Assembly: GCA_044355765.1 (NCBI GenBank)
Contig: JBIKXN010000001.1
Span: 1 to 33,455 of the forward strand
Direction: 5' to 3'
DNA length: 33,455 nt
Source of the DNA: Alphaproteobacteria bacterium
Lineage (GTDB): Bacteria; Pseudomonadota; Alphaproteobacteria; CACIAM-22H2
The number at the start of each line of letters is the position of its first letter. Position 1 is the stretch's first letter. A program made the position numbers and the translations under genes. Shown piece by piece: positions 25,070-33,174 of this stretch. Below the pieces are notes generated by a model. It was not told where the DNA came from, ran no database searches, and worked only from the letters and a program-made list of their open reading frames with translations.

Positions 25070-26766
25070 CGATGGCCACCGTACCTTCCCGGCGCGACAA
25101 TGCGCGCCGCATCGCGGCGCCGCGCGGTTCCGACCTCACCTGCCGGTCCTGGCAGTCGGAGGCGGCGATGCGCATGCTGATGAACAATCTCGACGCCGAG
25201 GTCGCCGAGCGACCCGAGGAACTCGTCGTCTATGGCGGCATCGGCCGCGCCGCGCGCGACTGGCAGAGCTTCGACCGCATCGTCGCAAGCCTGAAGACGC
25301 TTGCCGACGACGAGACGCTGCTCGTGCAGTCCGGCAAGCCGGTCGGCATATTCCGCACCCATGCCGACGCGCCACGTGTCCTCCTGGCCAATTCGAACCT
25401 GGTTGGGCACTGGAACAACTGGTCACATTTCCACGAACTCGACCGCAAGGGCCTGATGATGTACGGCCAGATGACGGCCGGGTCGTGGATCTATATCGGC
25501 TCGCAGGGCATCGTGCAGGGCACCTACGAGACCTTCGTCGAGGCCGGACGCCAGCATTACGGCGGCGACCTGCGCGGGCGCTGGATCCTCACTGGCGGAC
25601 TCGGCGGCATGGGGGGTGCGCAGCCGCTCGCCGCGGTCTTCGCCGGCGCCTGCATGCTGGCTGTCGAATGCCAGCCGAGCCGGATCGAGAAGCGGCTGGA
25701 GACGAAGTATCTCGACCGCTGGACCAAGGATCTCGACGAGGCGCTGGACATGATCCGGGCCGCGACCGCGAAGGGCGAGGCGATCTCGGTCGGCCTGCTC
25801 GGCAACGCCGCCGAGGTGTTCCCCGAACTGGTGCGGCGCGCCAAGGCAGGCGACGCGCGCGCGCGGCCGGACATGGTCACCGACCAGACTTCGGCGCATG
25901 ATCCGATCAACGGCTATCTGCCCGTCGGCTGGACGCTCGACGACCATGCGCGGCTGCGCGAGAGCGACCCGGCGCGCGTCGAGAAGGCGGCGAAGGAATC
26001 GATGGCCGTGCATGTCCGCGCCATGCTCGATTTCCATCGCATGGGCGTACCCACGCTCGACTACGGCAACAACATCCGCCAGATGGCCAAGGAGATGGGC
26101 GTCGCCGACGCCTTCGACTTCCCGGGTTTCGTGCCCGCCTATATCCGGCCGCTCTTCTGCCGCGGTGTCGGGCCGTTCCGCTGGTGCGCCCTGTCCGGCG
26201 ATCCCGAGGACATCTACCGCACCGACGCGAAGATGAAGGAGTTGTTCCCCGAGGACCGGCATCTGCATCGCTGGCTCGACATGGCGCGCGCGCGTATCCG
26301 GTTTCAGGGTCTTCCGGCGCGCATCTGCTGGGTCGGCCTGGGCGGCCGCGCAAAGGCAGGGCTCGCCTTCAACGAGATGGTCCGGCGCGGCGAACTCAAG
26401 GCGCCCATCGTGATCGGTCGCGACCATCTCGACTCCGGGTCGGTCGCCTCGCCCAACCGCGAGACCGAGGCCATGCTGGACGGCTCCGACGCTGTCGCGG
26501 ACTGGCCGCTGCTCAACGCGCTGCTCAACACCGCGTCGGGCGCGACCTGGGTCAGCCTGCATAACGGCGGCGGCGTGGGCATCGGGTTCTCGCAGCATGC
26601 CGGCATGGTGATCGTATGCGACGGCAGCGAGGCCGCGGATCGTCGGCTGGAGCGCGTCCTGACCAACGATCCTGGCACGGGGGTGATGCGGCACGCGGAT
26701 GCCGGCTACGATATCGCCGTCGCCTGCGCGCGCGAGCACGGGCTCAAGCTGCCGATGCTCGGGTGA
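25066..26766 (+). CDS. hutU: Urocanate hydratase (urocanase)
   Basis: The ATG at 25066 overlaps the upstream stop (ATGA). Segments [50 protein letters not shown] and [12 protein letters not shown] (NAD site) are characteristic of urocanase. Length is 566 aa. Confidence 0.92.
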   Translation: MTMATVPSRRDNARRIAAPRGSDLTCRSWQSEAAMRMLMNNLDAEVAERPEELVVYGGIGRAARDWQSFDRIVASLKTLADDETLLVQSGKPVGIFRTHADAPRVLLANSNLVGHWNNWSHFHELDRKGLMMYGQMTAGSWIYIGSQGIVQGTYETFVEAGRQHYGGDLRGRWILTGGLGGMGGAQPLAAVFAGACMLAVECQPSRIEKRLETKYLDRWTKDLDEALDMIRAATAKGEAISVGLLGNAAEVFPELVRRAKAGDARARPDMVTDQTSAHDPINGYLPVGWTLDDHARLRESDPARVEKAAKESMAVHVRAMLDFHRMGVPTLDYGNNIRQMAKEMGVADAFDFPGFVPAYIRPLFCRGVGPFRWCALSGDPEDIYRTDAKMKELFPEDRHLHRWLDMARARIRFQGLPARICWVGLGGRAKAGLAFNEMVRRGELKAPIVIGRDHLDSGSVASPNRETEAMLDGSDAVADWPLLNALLNTASGATWVSLHNGGGVGIGFSQHAGMVIVCDGSEAADRRLERVLTNDPGTGVMRHADAGYDIAVACAREHGLKLPMLG

Positions 26767-26773
26767 GCCTGGC

Positions 26774-27073
26774 ATGGATGCGGCGGTGCTGAAGGCCTCG
26801 TTGGCCGGGCAGGTCGCGCCGCAGGGGCTGGCGCGTCCGGTCCTGGCGCTCTGGCATTGCGGGCGCGGCGAGTGGGATGCGGCGCACGGACTGGTGCAGC
26901 AGGCGGAAGGCGAGCCCGCGCATGACTGGGTGCATGCGCATCTCCACCGTGTCGAGGGCGACCTTGCGAATGCCGGCTACTGGTATCGGCGCGCAGGCAG
27001 GCCGGTCGCGCGCGGATCGCTCGAGTCCGAGTGGGCCGAGATCGCGGGGGCGCTTCTGGCGAGGTTGGAATGA
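26774..27073 (+). CDS. Small conserved-looking protein of unknown function (99 aa)
   Basis: The ATG at 26774 lies 7 nt after the hutU stop, and its own stop overlaps the next start (ATGA 27070-27073). The sequence has ordinary composition, including WVHAHLHRVEGDLANAGYWYRRAG. Coding status is inferred mainly from tight operon packing and frame-consistent codon bias. Confidence 0.55.
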   Translation: MDAAVLKASLAGQVAPQGLARPVLALWHCGRGEWDAAHGLVQQAEGEPAHDWVHAHLHRVEGDLANAGYWYRRAGRPVARGSLESEWAEIAGALLARLE

Positions 27074-28026
27074 AGACCGTCGTCTGCATCGAGCGCGCGT
27101 CGCTGGGGCCCGGCGTCAGCCTGCGGGCGCCGCGGTTCGCGCATGTCTGGCGCGACCATGACCGTACCTCGGCCGGAGACATCGTCGCCCGGCTCGCCGG
27201 CGCCGATATCGCGGTGGTCAATAAGCTGCCGATCGGCGAGGAGGTCCTGGCCCGTACCCCGGATCTGCGCATGATCGCGGTGACGGCGACGGGTACCGAC
27301 AATGTCGATCTCGCAGCCTGCCGCAGGCGCGGCATCGTGGTGTCGAATGTTCGCGGCTATGCGACGACGACCGTGCCCGAGCATACTTTCGCGCTGATCC
27401 TGGCGTTGCGGCGCGGTGTGGTCGGATACGCCCAGAGCGTCCAGCGCGGCGATTGGCAGAAAGCCGCGCAGTTCTGCTATTTCGACTTTCCGATCTCCGA
27501 CCTCCGCGGTTCGCGCCTGGGCATCGTCGGCGGCGGCGCCATCGGCGCGGCGGTCGCGTCGCTCGGTCGTGCCTTCGGGATGGACGTCGTCTTCTCGACC
27601 CAGCGCGGCGGGCCGGAACGCCCGCATTACATTCCGTTCGAGGCGGTCATCGAGACCGCGGACGTGCTGACGCTGCATTGCCCGCTGACGGCTGCGACCC
27701 GCGGCATGATCGACCGGTCCGTGCTGCGGCGCATGAAGCCGGGGGCGATCCTGGTCAACACGGCGCGTGGCGGCCTGATCGTCGACGCGGATCTGGTCGA
27801 GGCGCTGCGCGGCGGCTGGATCGCCGGTGCGGCCATCGATGTCACCACGCCCGAGCCGCCGCCCCCCGACCATCCCTTCATGCTGCTCGCCGGCCATCCC
27901 GGGTTCATCCTGACCCCGCATGTCGCCTGGGCCAGCGTCCAGGCGCGCCAGGCGGTGGCCGACCAGGTGATCGACAATATCGAGGCCTTCGTCGCCGGTG
28001 CGCCGCGCAACGAGGTGGTCAGATGA
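27070..28026 (+). CDS. D-isomer-specific 2-hydroxyacid dehydrogenase (glycerate dehydrogenase/hydroxypyruvate reductase-like)
   Basis: Start at ATG 27070 (MKTVVCIERASL). Supporting segments are TATGTDNVDLAACRRRGIVVSNVRGY, the Rossmann motif LGIVGGGAIGAAVA, VNTARGGLIVDADLVEAL, AAIDVTTPEP and LTPHVAW. Confidence 0.85.
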   Translation: MKTVVCIERASLGPGVSLRAPRFAHVWRDHDRTSAGDIVARLAGADIAVVNKLPIGEEVLARTPDLRMIAVTATGTDNVDLAACRRRGIVVSNVRGYATTTVPEHTFALILALRRGVVGYAQSVQRGDWQKAAQFCYFDFPISDLRGSRLGIVGGGAIGAAVASLGRAFGMDVVFSTQRGGPERPHYIPFEAVIETADVLTLHCPLTAATRGMIDRSVLRRMKPGAILVNTARGGLIVDADLVEALRGGWIAGAAIDVTTPEPPPPDHPFMLLAGHPGFILTPHVAWASVQARQAVADQVIDNIEAFVAGAPRNEVVR

Positions 28027-28805
28027 TTTCGGCCCGCCGCCGCGGCGAGTTTCCGGCGGGCGTGCCGCGCGGCCTGCCGGGCGGCCGGGAGGCCGCGCTC
28101 TATCGGCGCGTCTACGACGTGATGCGGCGCGCGATCGCGGACGGCGCCTGGGCGCTCGGCGAATCGCTGCCCAGCGAGGCGGGGCTCGGGGCGCGGTTCG
28201 GGGTCAGCCGCATCACGATTCGCCAGGCGATGCAGATGCTGCAGAACGCCGGCTATATCCGCACGCAGCGGGCGCGGCGCGCGGTCGTGATCGCGCGCGA
28301 CCCGCTCGGCGCGTCGGGAGACACGATCGACACGATCGAAGAACTGATCGAGGCTGCAAGCGACACGCGGCTGCGCATCCTGAGCTGGCGCAGCGAACTG
28401 GCGCCCGAGGCGGCGCAGATCCTGGGCGTGCCGCCGGGAACCGATCTCAAGTGCCTGCGCGGCGTCCTCATGCGCGCGCGCACCCCGCACGCGCGGTCGA
28501 TCATCTATTTCCACCCCTCGATCGGCGCCCGGCTCAAGCGCGCCGATTTCGACGACGTGATCGTCTTCCGGGTCATGCGCCGCGAACTGGGCATCCAGCT
28601 CGTCGACGTCAAGCGGACGATCTGGGCCGAACTTGCCACTCCGGAGGACGTCGCGCAGCTCGGCGTCAAGCGGGGCGACGCGATGCTATGCACCCGGCTG
28701 GTGTATCGCGGGCCGCAGGGGCTGCCCGTCGAGGTCACCCTCTCGCGCTACCCGGGCCGCGAATTCAGCCTGACCTACAGCATCGATGTCGGTGGCGACG
28801 CTTGA
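28023..28805 (+). CDS. GntR-family transcriptional regulator, HutC/UTRA subfamily-like
   Basis: The ATG at 28023 overlaps the upstream stop (ATGA). The winged-helix segment is LPSEAGLGARFGVSRITIRQAMQMLQNAGYIRTQRARRAVV, followed by a C-terminal effector domain of about 170 aa. It is the last gene of the hut-like operon. Confidence 0.85.
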   Translation: MISARRRGEFPAGVPRGLPGGREAALYRRVYDVMRRAIADGAWALGESLPSEAGLGARFGVSRITIRQAMQMLQNAGYIRTQRARRAVVIARDPLGASGDTIDTIEELIEAASDTRLRILSWRSELAPEAAQILGVPPGTDLKCLRGVLMRARTPHARSIIYFHPSIGARLKRADFDDVIVFRVMRRELGIQLVDVKRTIWAELATPEDVAQLGVKRGDAMLCTRLVYRGPQGLPVEVTLSRYPGREFSLTYSIDVGGDA

Positions 28806-28876
28806 CTCCCGTCCCCGGGAAGGGATGATGTCATAACAAGTTGCACGGCCGCGTCGCGGCCGGCGCGGGAGGGAAC

Positions 28877-29656
28877 ATGCAGGTCGATCTGAAGGGCCGG
28901 GTCGCATTGGTGACCGGCGCCGCAACGGGCATCGGCAAGGCCTGCGCGCTGCGCCTGCGCGATAGCGGAGCGACGGTCGTCTTCAGCGACCGCGACCTCG
29001 ACCGCGCCCGCGAGACGGCCGGCAACGACGGCGACGCGATCGCGCTCGACGTCGCCGACCGTGCGGCGATAACCCATGCCGTCGACGACGTTCTTGCCCG
29101 TCATGGCCGGATCGACATCCTCGTCAACAATGCCGGGATCGGCGTGCGCGCCGCCGACCGCAAGACGGTCGACGAGTTCCCGGTCGAGGCCTGGGACGAG
29201 ATGATCGCCATCGACCTGACCGGCGTGTTCCTGATGAGCCGCGCCGTCGCAGCCGCCATGCGGCGCGCGCGCGCCGGTGCGATCGTCAACATCGCCTCGG
29301 TGCTGGGGCTGGTGCCGATGCGCCTGCAGAGTTCCTATGTCGCGGCCAAGTCCGGCGTCGTCAACCTGACGCGCAGCATGGCGCTGGAGCTCGCCAAGGA
29401 CGGCATTCGCGTCAACGCGGTGGCTCCCGGATCCACCGCCACCGAAGGCTGGCAGCGCTGGATCCAGGACCCGTCGAGCGAGGTTCAGGATCTGCATCGC
29501 AGCCTGATGTCCCATATTCCGATGGGGCGGCCAGCGCGCACGGAGGAGATCGCCAACGGCGTCCTCTTTCTCGCGTCGCCGGCCGCATCATACGTGACCG
29601 GCCATACCCTGGTCGTAGACGGCGGCTGGACCGCTGGCTACGCCCGCGACTGGTAA
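28877..29656 (+). CDS. Short-chain dehydrogenase/reductase (SDR)
   Basis: Start at ATG 28877 (MQVDLKGRVALVTGAATGIGKA), with GGGAGGGA at 28867-28874. Also present are NNAGI and the catalytic YVAAKSGVV (YxxxK). Confidence 0.85.
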   Translation: MQVDLKGRVALVTGAATGIGKACALRLRDSGATVVFSDRDLDRARETAGNDGDAIALDVADRAAITHAVDDVLARHGRIDILVNNAGIGVRAADRKTVDEFPVEAWDEMIAIDLTGVFLMSRAVAAAMRRARAGAIVNIASVLGLVPMRLQSSYVAAKSGVVNLTRSMALELAKDGIRVNAVAPGSTATEGWQRWIQDPSSEVQDLHRSLMSHIPMGRPARTEEIANGVLFLASPAASYVTGHTLVVDGGWTAGYARDW

Positions 29657-29678
29657 ATCCGACGGAGGCAGAGAGAAG

Positions 29679-32126
29679 ATGACCATCGCCGTCAAGCGCA
29701 AGCCCGCCGCAAAGCAAGCGGCGCGTCCTGCCGCCCGCCCGAAGCCGAACGATGCGCTCGCAGATCTCGATCGCGAGCAACTTGTCGGCATGTATCGCGA
29801 GATGCAGCTGCTGCGGAAATTCGAGCTGGCGGCGCAGGTCGCCTGCCGCGCGGGCGAGACGCCTGGCTTCCTGCATCTCTATGTCGGCGAAGAGGCGGTC
29901 GCGGTCGGCGTCTGCGCGCATCTGCGCCGGTCGGACTGGATCACCTCGACGCATCGCGGGCACGGCCATGCGCTCGCCAAGGGCATGGATCCGAACGTGC
30001 TGATGGCCGAACTCTACGGCAAGGGCGACGGATGCTGCGGCGGACGAGGCGGCACGATGCATCTCTACGATCCCACGGTCGGCCTGTTCGGCACCAACGG
30101 GCTGGTCGGCGGCGGGATCCCGTCCGCTGTCGGTGCCGCGATCTCTGCGAAGCATCGCAAGACCGGCGACGTCGCGGTCGCCTTCTTCGGCGACGGCGCG
30201 ACGAACCATTCGGCCTTCCACGAGTCCGTGAACTTCGCCGGGTTCATGCGCGCGCCGGTGATCTTCGTGTGCGAGAACAACCTCTACGCGACGGCGACGG
30301 CGTTGAGCAGCGTGACGCTCAATCCCGAGATCGCGACGCGGGCGGCCGCCTACGGCATCCCGGGCGTCGCCGTCGACGGCAACGACGTCGTCGCGATGTG
30401 GCGGGTGATGAAGCAGGCGGCGGAGCGCGCGCGGCGCGGCGAGGGACCGACGCTGATCGAGGCCAAGACCTATCGCACGGTCGGCCATCACGAGGGCGAC
30501 CCGGTCACCGGCGTCTACCGCACCCAGGGCGAGGTCGACCAGTGGGCCGAACGCTGCCCCATCAAGCGACTGCGTGCCCAGATCGTCGACGATCTCGAAC
30601 TTGTCGAAGCCAGGGAACTCGACGCGATCGACGCGGAGATCGACAAGGTCGTCGCCGGCGCGATCGACTTCGCGCGCAAATCGCCAGAGCCCGATCCGCA
30701 CGCCTATGCGCGCCATGTCTTCGCCGACCAGCTCAATCCGGCCGAGGCGATGCTGCCCGGCGCGGAGAAATCCGGCGGCCCCGAGACCAGCTGGCTCGAC
30801 GCCGTGCGCGACGGCATCGCCGAGGAGATGCGGCGCAACCGCGACATCATGTACTTCGGCGAAGGCACGGGCGAGCGCGGCGGCACCTTCGCCCACACCA
30901 AGGGGCTGTGGCAGGAATTCGGCGCCCATCGCATGGTCGATACGCCGATCTCCGAGCTGGGCTTCACCGGCGCTTCGCTGGGCGCCTCGGCGACCGGCGT
31001 GCGCTGCATCGCCGACCTGATGTTCGCCGATTTCCTGTTCGAGGCGGCAGGGCAGATCGCGCTGCAGGCCGCGAAGCTGCGCTACATGTCCAACGGCCGC
31101 ATGCAGGCACCGATGATCGTGCGCGTGGGCTGCGGCGCGGTGCGATCCGCAGGGCCGCATCATTCGGGGACGTATCATCCGGCCTGGGCGCATATCCCCG
31201 GGCTGATCGTCTGCATGCCGTCGACGCCGGCCGATGCCAAGGGCCTCATGAAGACGGCGCTGCGCGCGAGCGACCCGGTGCTGATGCTCGAGACGAAGGC
31301 GCTGTTCTCGACCAAGGGACCGGTGCCGGCGGGCGAGCATTTCGTGCCCTTCGGCGTCGCGCGCATCGCGCGCGAGGGTCGCGATCTGACCATCGTCTCG
31401 GCCGGGCAGCTGGTCCATCGCTCGCTCGAGGCCGCCGCGGCGCTGGCCAAGGAGGGCATCGAGTGCGAGGTGATCGATCTGCGCACGATCCAGCCGCTCG
31501 ACGTGGAAACCGTCGCGGCGAGCGTGCGCAAGACCCATCGCTGCCTGGTCGCCGACGAGGGCTGGGCGCCGTTCGGCGTCGGTGCCGAGATCGGCCAGTC
31601 GATCCAGGAGGCCTGCTTCGACCATCTCGACGGTCCGGTCGCGCGGCTGCACACGGATTTCGTCTCGCATCCCTTCGCGCCGTCGCTCGAGCGGGCGATG
31701 CTGGTCAACACCGACCGCATCGTCGCCGCGGCGCGGCGTGTGCTGTCGGGCGAGGCGTTGCCGATCCGCCGTCCGCGCGCCGGCGGGATCGACCGCGCGG
31801 TGCCGGCGCCGGCGGCGCCGGTCGCGGCGCCTGCTTCGGCTCCTGTGCAGGCGGCGGCCGCGCCGCCCGCCGCGCCGGCCGAGGTCCAGGTGCCGGGCAC
31901 CGCGATCAAGATGCCGTTCGGCGACCTGACCGTCAGCGAGGGCAAGGTGGTCCGCTGGCTCAAGCAGCCGGGCGACGCGGTGCAGGCGAAGGAGACGGTG
32001 GTCGAGGTCGAGACCGACAAGGCCGTGGTCGAGATCGAGGCGCCGGTGGGCGGTCGGCTCGGTCCGCAATTGCGTATCGCGGGCGAGATCGTGAAGATGG
32101 GCGAAACCATCGGCTCGGTGGCGTGA
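29679..32126 (+). CDS. Fused thiamine-diphosphate-dependent 2-oxoacid/acetoin dehydrogenase E1 alpha + E1 beta + C-terminal lipoyl-attachment domain (815 aa)
   Basis: One uninterrupted frame. The alpha part (aa ~28-345) carries the ThDP motif FFGDGATNHSAFHESVNFAGFMRAPVIFVCENN. The beta part (aa ~369-690) includes RMVDTPISELGFTGASLGASATG and CMPSTPADAKGLM. An Ala/Pro linker follows (aa ~700-740). The lipoyl domain (aa ~741-815) has VVEVETDKAVVEIEAP, with the target Lys codon at 32019-32021. Confidence 0.85.
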   Translation: MTIAVKRKPAAKQAARPAARPKPNDALADLDREQLVGMYREMQLLRKFELAAQVACRAGETPGFLHLYVGEEAVAVGVCAHLRRSDWITSTHRGHGHALAKGMDPNVLMAELYGKGDGCCGGRGGTMHLYDPTVGLFGTNGLVGGGIPSAVGAAISAKHRKTGDVAVAFFGDGATNHSAFHESVNFAGFMRAPVIFVCENNLYATATALSSVTLNPEIATRAAAYGIPGVAVDGNDVVAMWRVMKQAAERARRGEGPTLIEAKTYRTVGHHEGDPVTGVYRTQGEVDQWAERCPIKRLRAQIVDDLELVEARELDAIDAEIDKVVAGAIDFARKSPEPDPHAYARHVFADQLNPAEAMLPGAEKSGGPETSWLDAVRDGIAEEMRRNRDIMYFGEGTGERGGTFAHTKGLWQEFGAHRMVDTPISELGFTGASLGASATGVRCIADLMFADFLFEAAGQIALQAAKLRYMSNGRMQAPMIVRVGCGAVRSAGPHHSGTYHPAWAHIPGLIVCMPSTPADAKGLMKTALRASDPVLMLETKALFSTKGPVPAGEHFVPFGVARIAREGRDLTIVSAGQLVHRSLEAAAALAKEGIECEVIDLRTIQPLDVETVAASVRKTHRCLVADEGWAPFGVGAEIGQSIQEACFDHLDGPVARLHTDFVSHPFAPSLERAMLVNTDRIVAAARRVLSGEALPIRRPRAGGIDRAVPAPAAPVAAPASAPVQAAAAPPAAPAEVQVPGTAIKMPFGDLTVSEGKVVRWLKQPGDAVQAKETVVEVETDKAVVEIEAPVGGRLGPQLRIAGEIVKMGETIGSVA

Positions 32127-32145
32127 GCCGGAAAGCGGGGGCGGG

Positions 32146-33174
32146 ATGGGACGGCGTCTTCTTCTGGTCAACTATCTCCATGCGGACGATGCGTTCGAGC
32201 GCGCGGTGGCGGCCGAACATGGCGCGCATCTCGACATCCTGAGGCCGACGGACGGCAAGGCTTCGGAGATCCCGACGGCGTTGGCCGCCGGGGCGGAGGG
32301 GTTGATCAGCTATTCGGCGGTGCTGAAGATCGCGCTTCCGCCCGAAGCCTTTCCCAATGTGCGCTGCGTGCTCCGCTCGGGCGTGGGCTACGACACGATC
32401 GACGGCGCGGCCTGGGGCGCACGCGGCATTCCGGTCTTCAACGTGCCCGACTACGGCACCTCGGAAGTGGCCGATCACGCGATCGCGCTGATGCTGGCGC
32501 TGACCCGCGGCACTGCCGCCTATCACGACGCGATGCGTCGCGATCCGCGCAAGAACTGGACCTATACGGTTGCGCCGACGGTCCGGCGGCTGCGGACCTC
32601 CGTGTTTGGCGTCCTCGGGCTCGGGCGCATCGGGCTCGCCGCCGCGCGCCGCGCGCAGGGCTTCGGCATGGACGTGGTGTTCTACGACCCCTACCAGCCC
32701 AGCGGTTTCGAACTGGCGACCGGGCTGAAGCGCGCCCGCAGCCTCGAGGACCTTCTCAAGGTCGCCGACGTCGTCAGCGTGCATACGCCGCTCAGCGACG
32801 AGACGACAGGGTTGCTCGGCGCAAAGGCCTTCGCGGCCGCGAAGCCGGGGCTGATCGTCATCAACACCGCGCGCGGCCCAGTCGTCGATCTCGATGCGCT
32901 CTACGACGCGCTCAGGAGCGGCCGCGTCGCGGCGGCCGGTCTCGACGTGCTGCCCAAGGAACCGGCGGATCCGGATCACAAGCTCATCCGGGCCTTTCTC
33001 GATCGCGAAGAGTGGCTCGAGGGCCGCTTCACGCTCAGCCCGCACGCCGCCTTCTACAGCCCGGCGGCGAACGACGACCTGCGGCGCAAGACGATCGAGA
33101 CGGTACTCGAGCATCTGGAAACCGGAGCGCTGGCCAATTGCGTCAACCGCGACCGGCTCGTCCGCAAGGCCTGA
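32146..33174 (+). CDS. D-isomer-specific 2-hydroxyacid dehydrogenase, CtBP-like
   Basis: 342 aa starting 19 nt after the E1 fusion stop. Supporting segments are GVGYDTIDGAAWGARGIPVFNVPDYGTSEVADHAIALMLAL, the Rossmann motif GVLGLGRIGLAAA, INTARGPVVDLDALYDAL..AAGLDVLPKEP and LSPHAAFYS. Confidence 0.85.
   Translation: MGRRLLLVNYLHADDAFERAVAAEHGAHLDILRPTDGKASEIPTALAAGAEGLISYSAVLKIALPPEAFPNVRCVLRSGVGYDTIDGAAWGARGIPVFNVPDYGTSEVADHAIALMLALTRGTAAYHDAMRRDPRKNWTYTVAPTVRRLRTSVFGVLGLGRIGLAAARRAQGFGMDVVFYDPYQPSGFELATGLKRARSLEDLLKVADVVSVHTPLSDETTGLLGAKAFAAAKPGLIVINTARGPVVDLDALYDALRSGRVAAAGLDVLPKEPADPDHKLIRAFLDREEWLEGRFTLSPHAAFYSPAANDDLRRKTIETVLEHLETGALANCVNRDRLVRKA

Noticed and set aside
22911-26766. The idea that the HutH/HutU pair is really ergothionase plus thiourocanate hydratase (ergothioneine catabolism)
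   Set aside because: As I recall, ergothionase lacks the MIO-forming Ala-Ser-Gly motif. This protein keeps GASGD (23334-23342), so a genuine MIO ammonia-lyase is more likely. Sequence inspection alone cannot exclude altered specificity, so I kept only the weaker hypothesis.
28829-28838. TGTCATAACA upstream of the SDR/E1 operon as a possible GntR/HutC-type operator
   Set aside because: It resembles the GT..TA..AC type consensus only loosely: the central positions do not match and the dyad symmetry is imperfect. That is insufficient to call it.
29412-32171. A 919-aa minus-strand ORF, plus overlapping plus-strand alternative frames (30032-32242 and others), across the E1 fusion gene
   Set aside because: The composition is Arg/Gly/Pro-rich and the ORFs lie antisense or out of frame to a gene with clear ThDP, transketolase-like and lipoyl motifs. 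They are GC artefacts.
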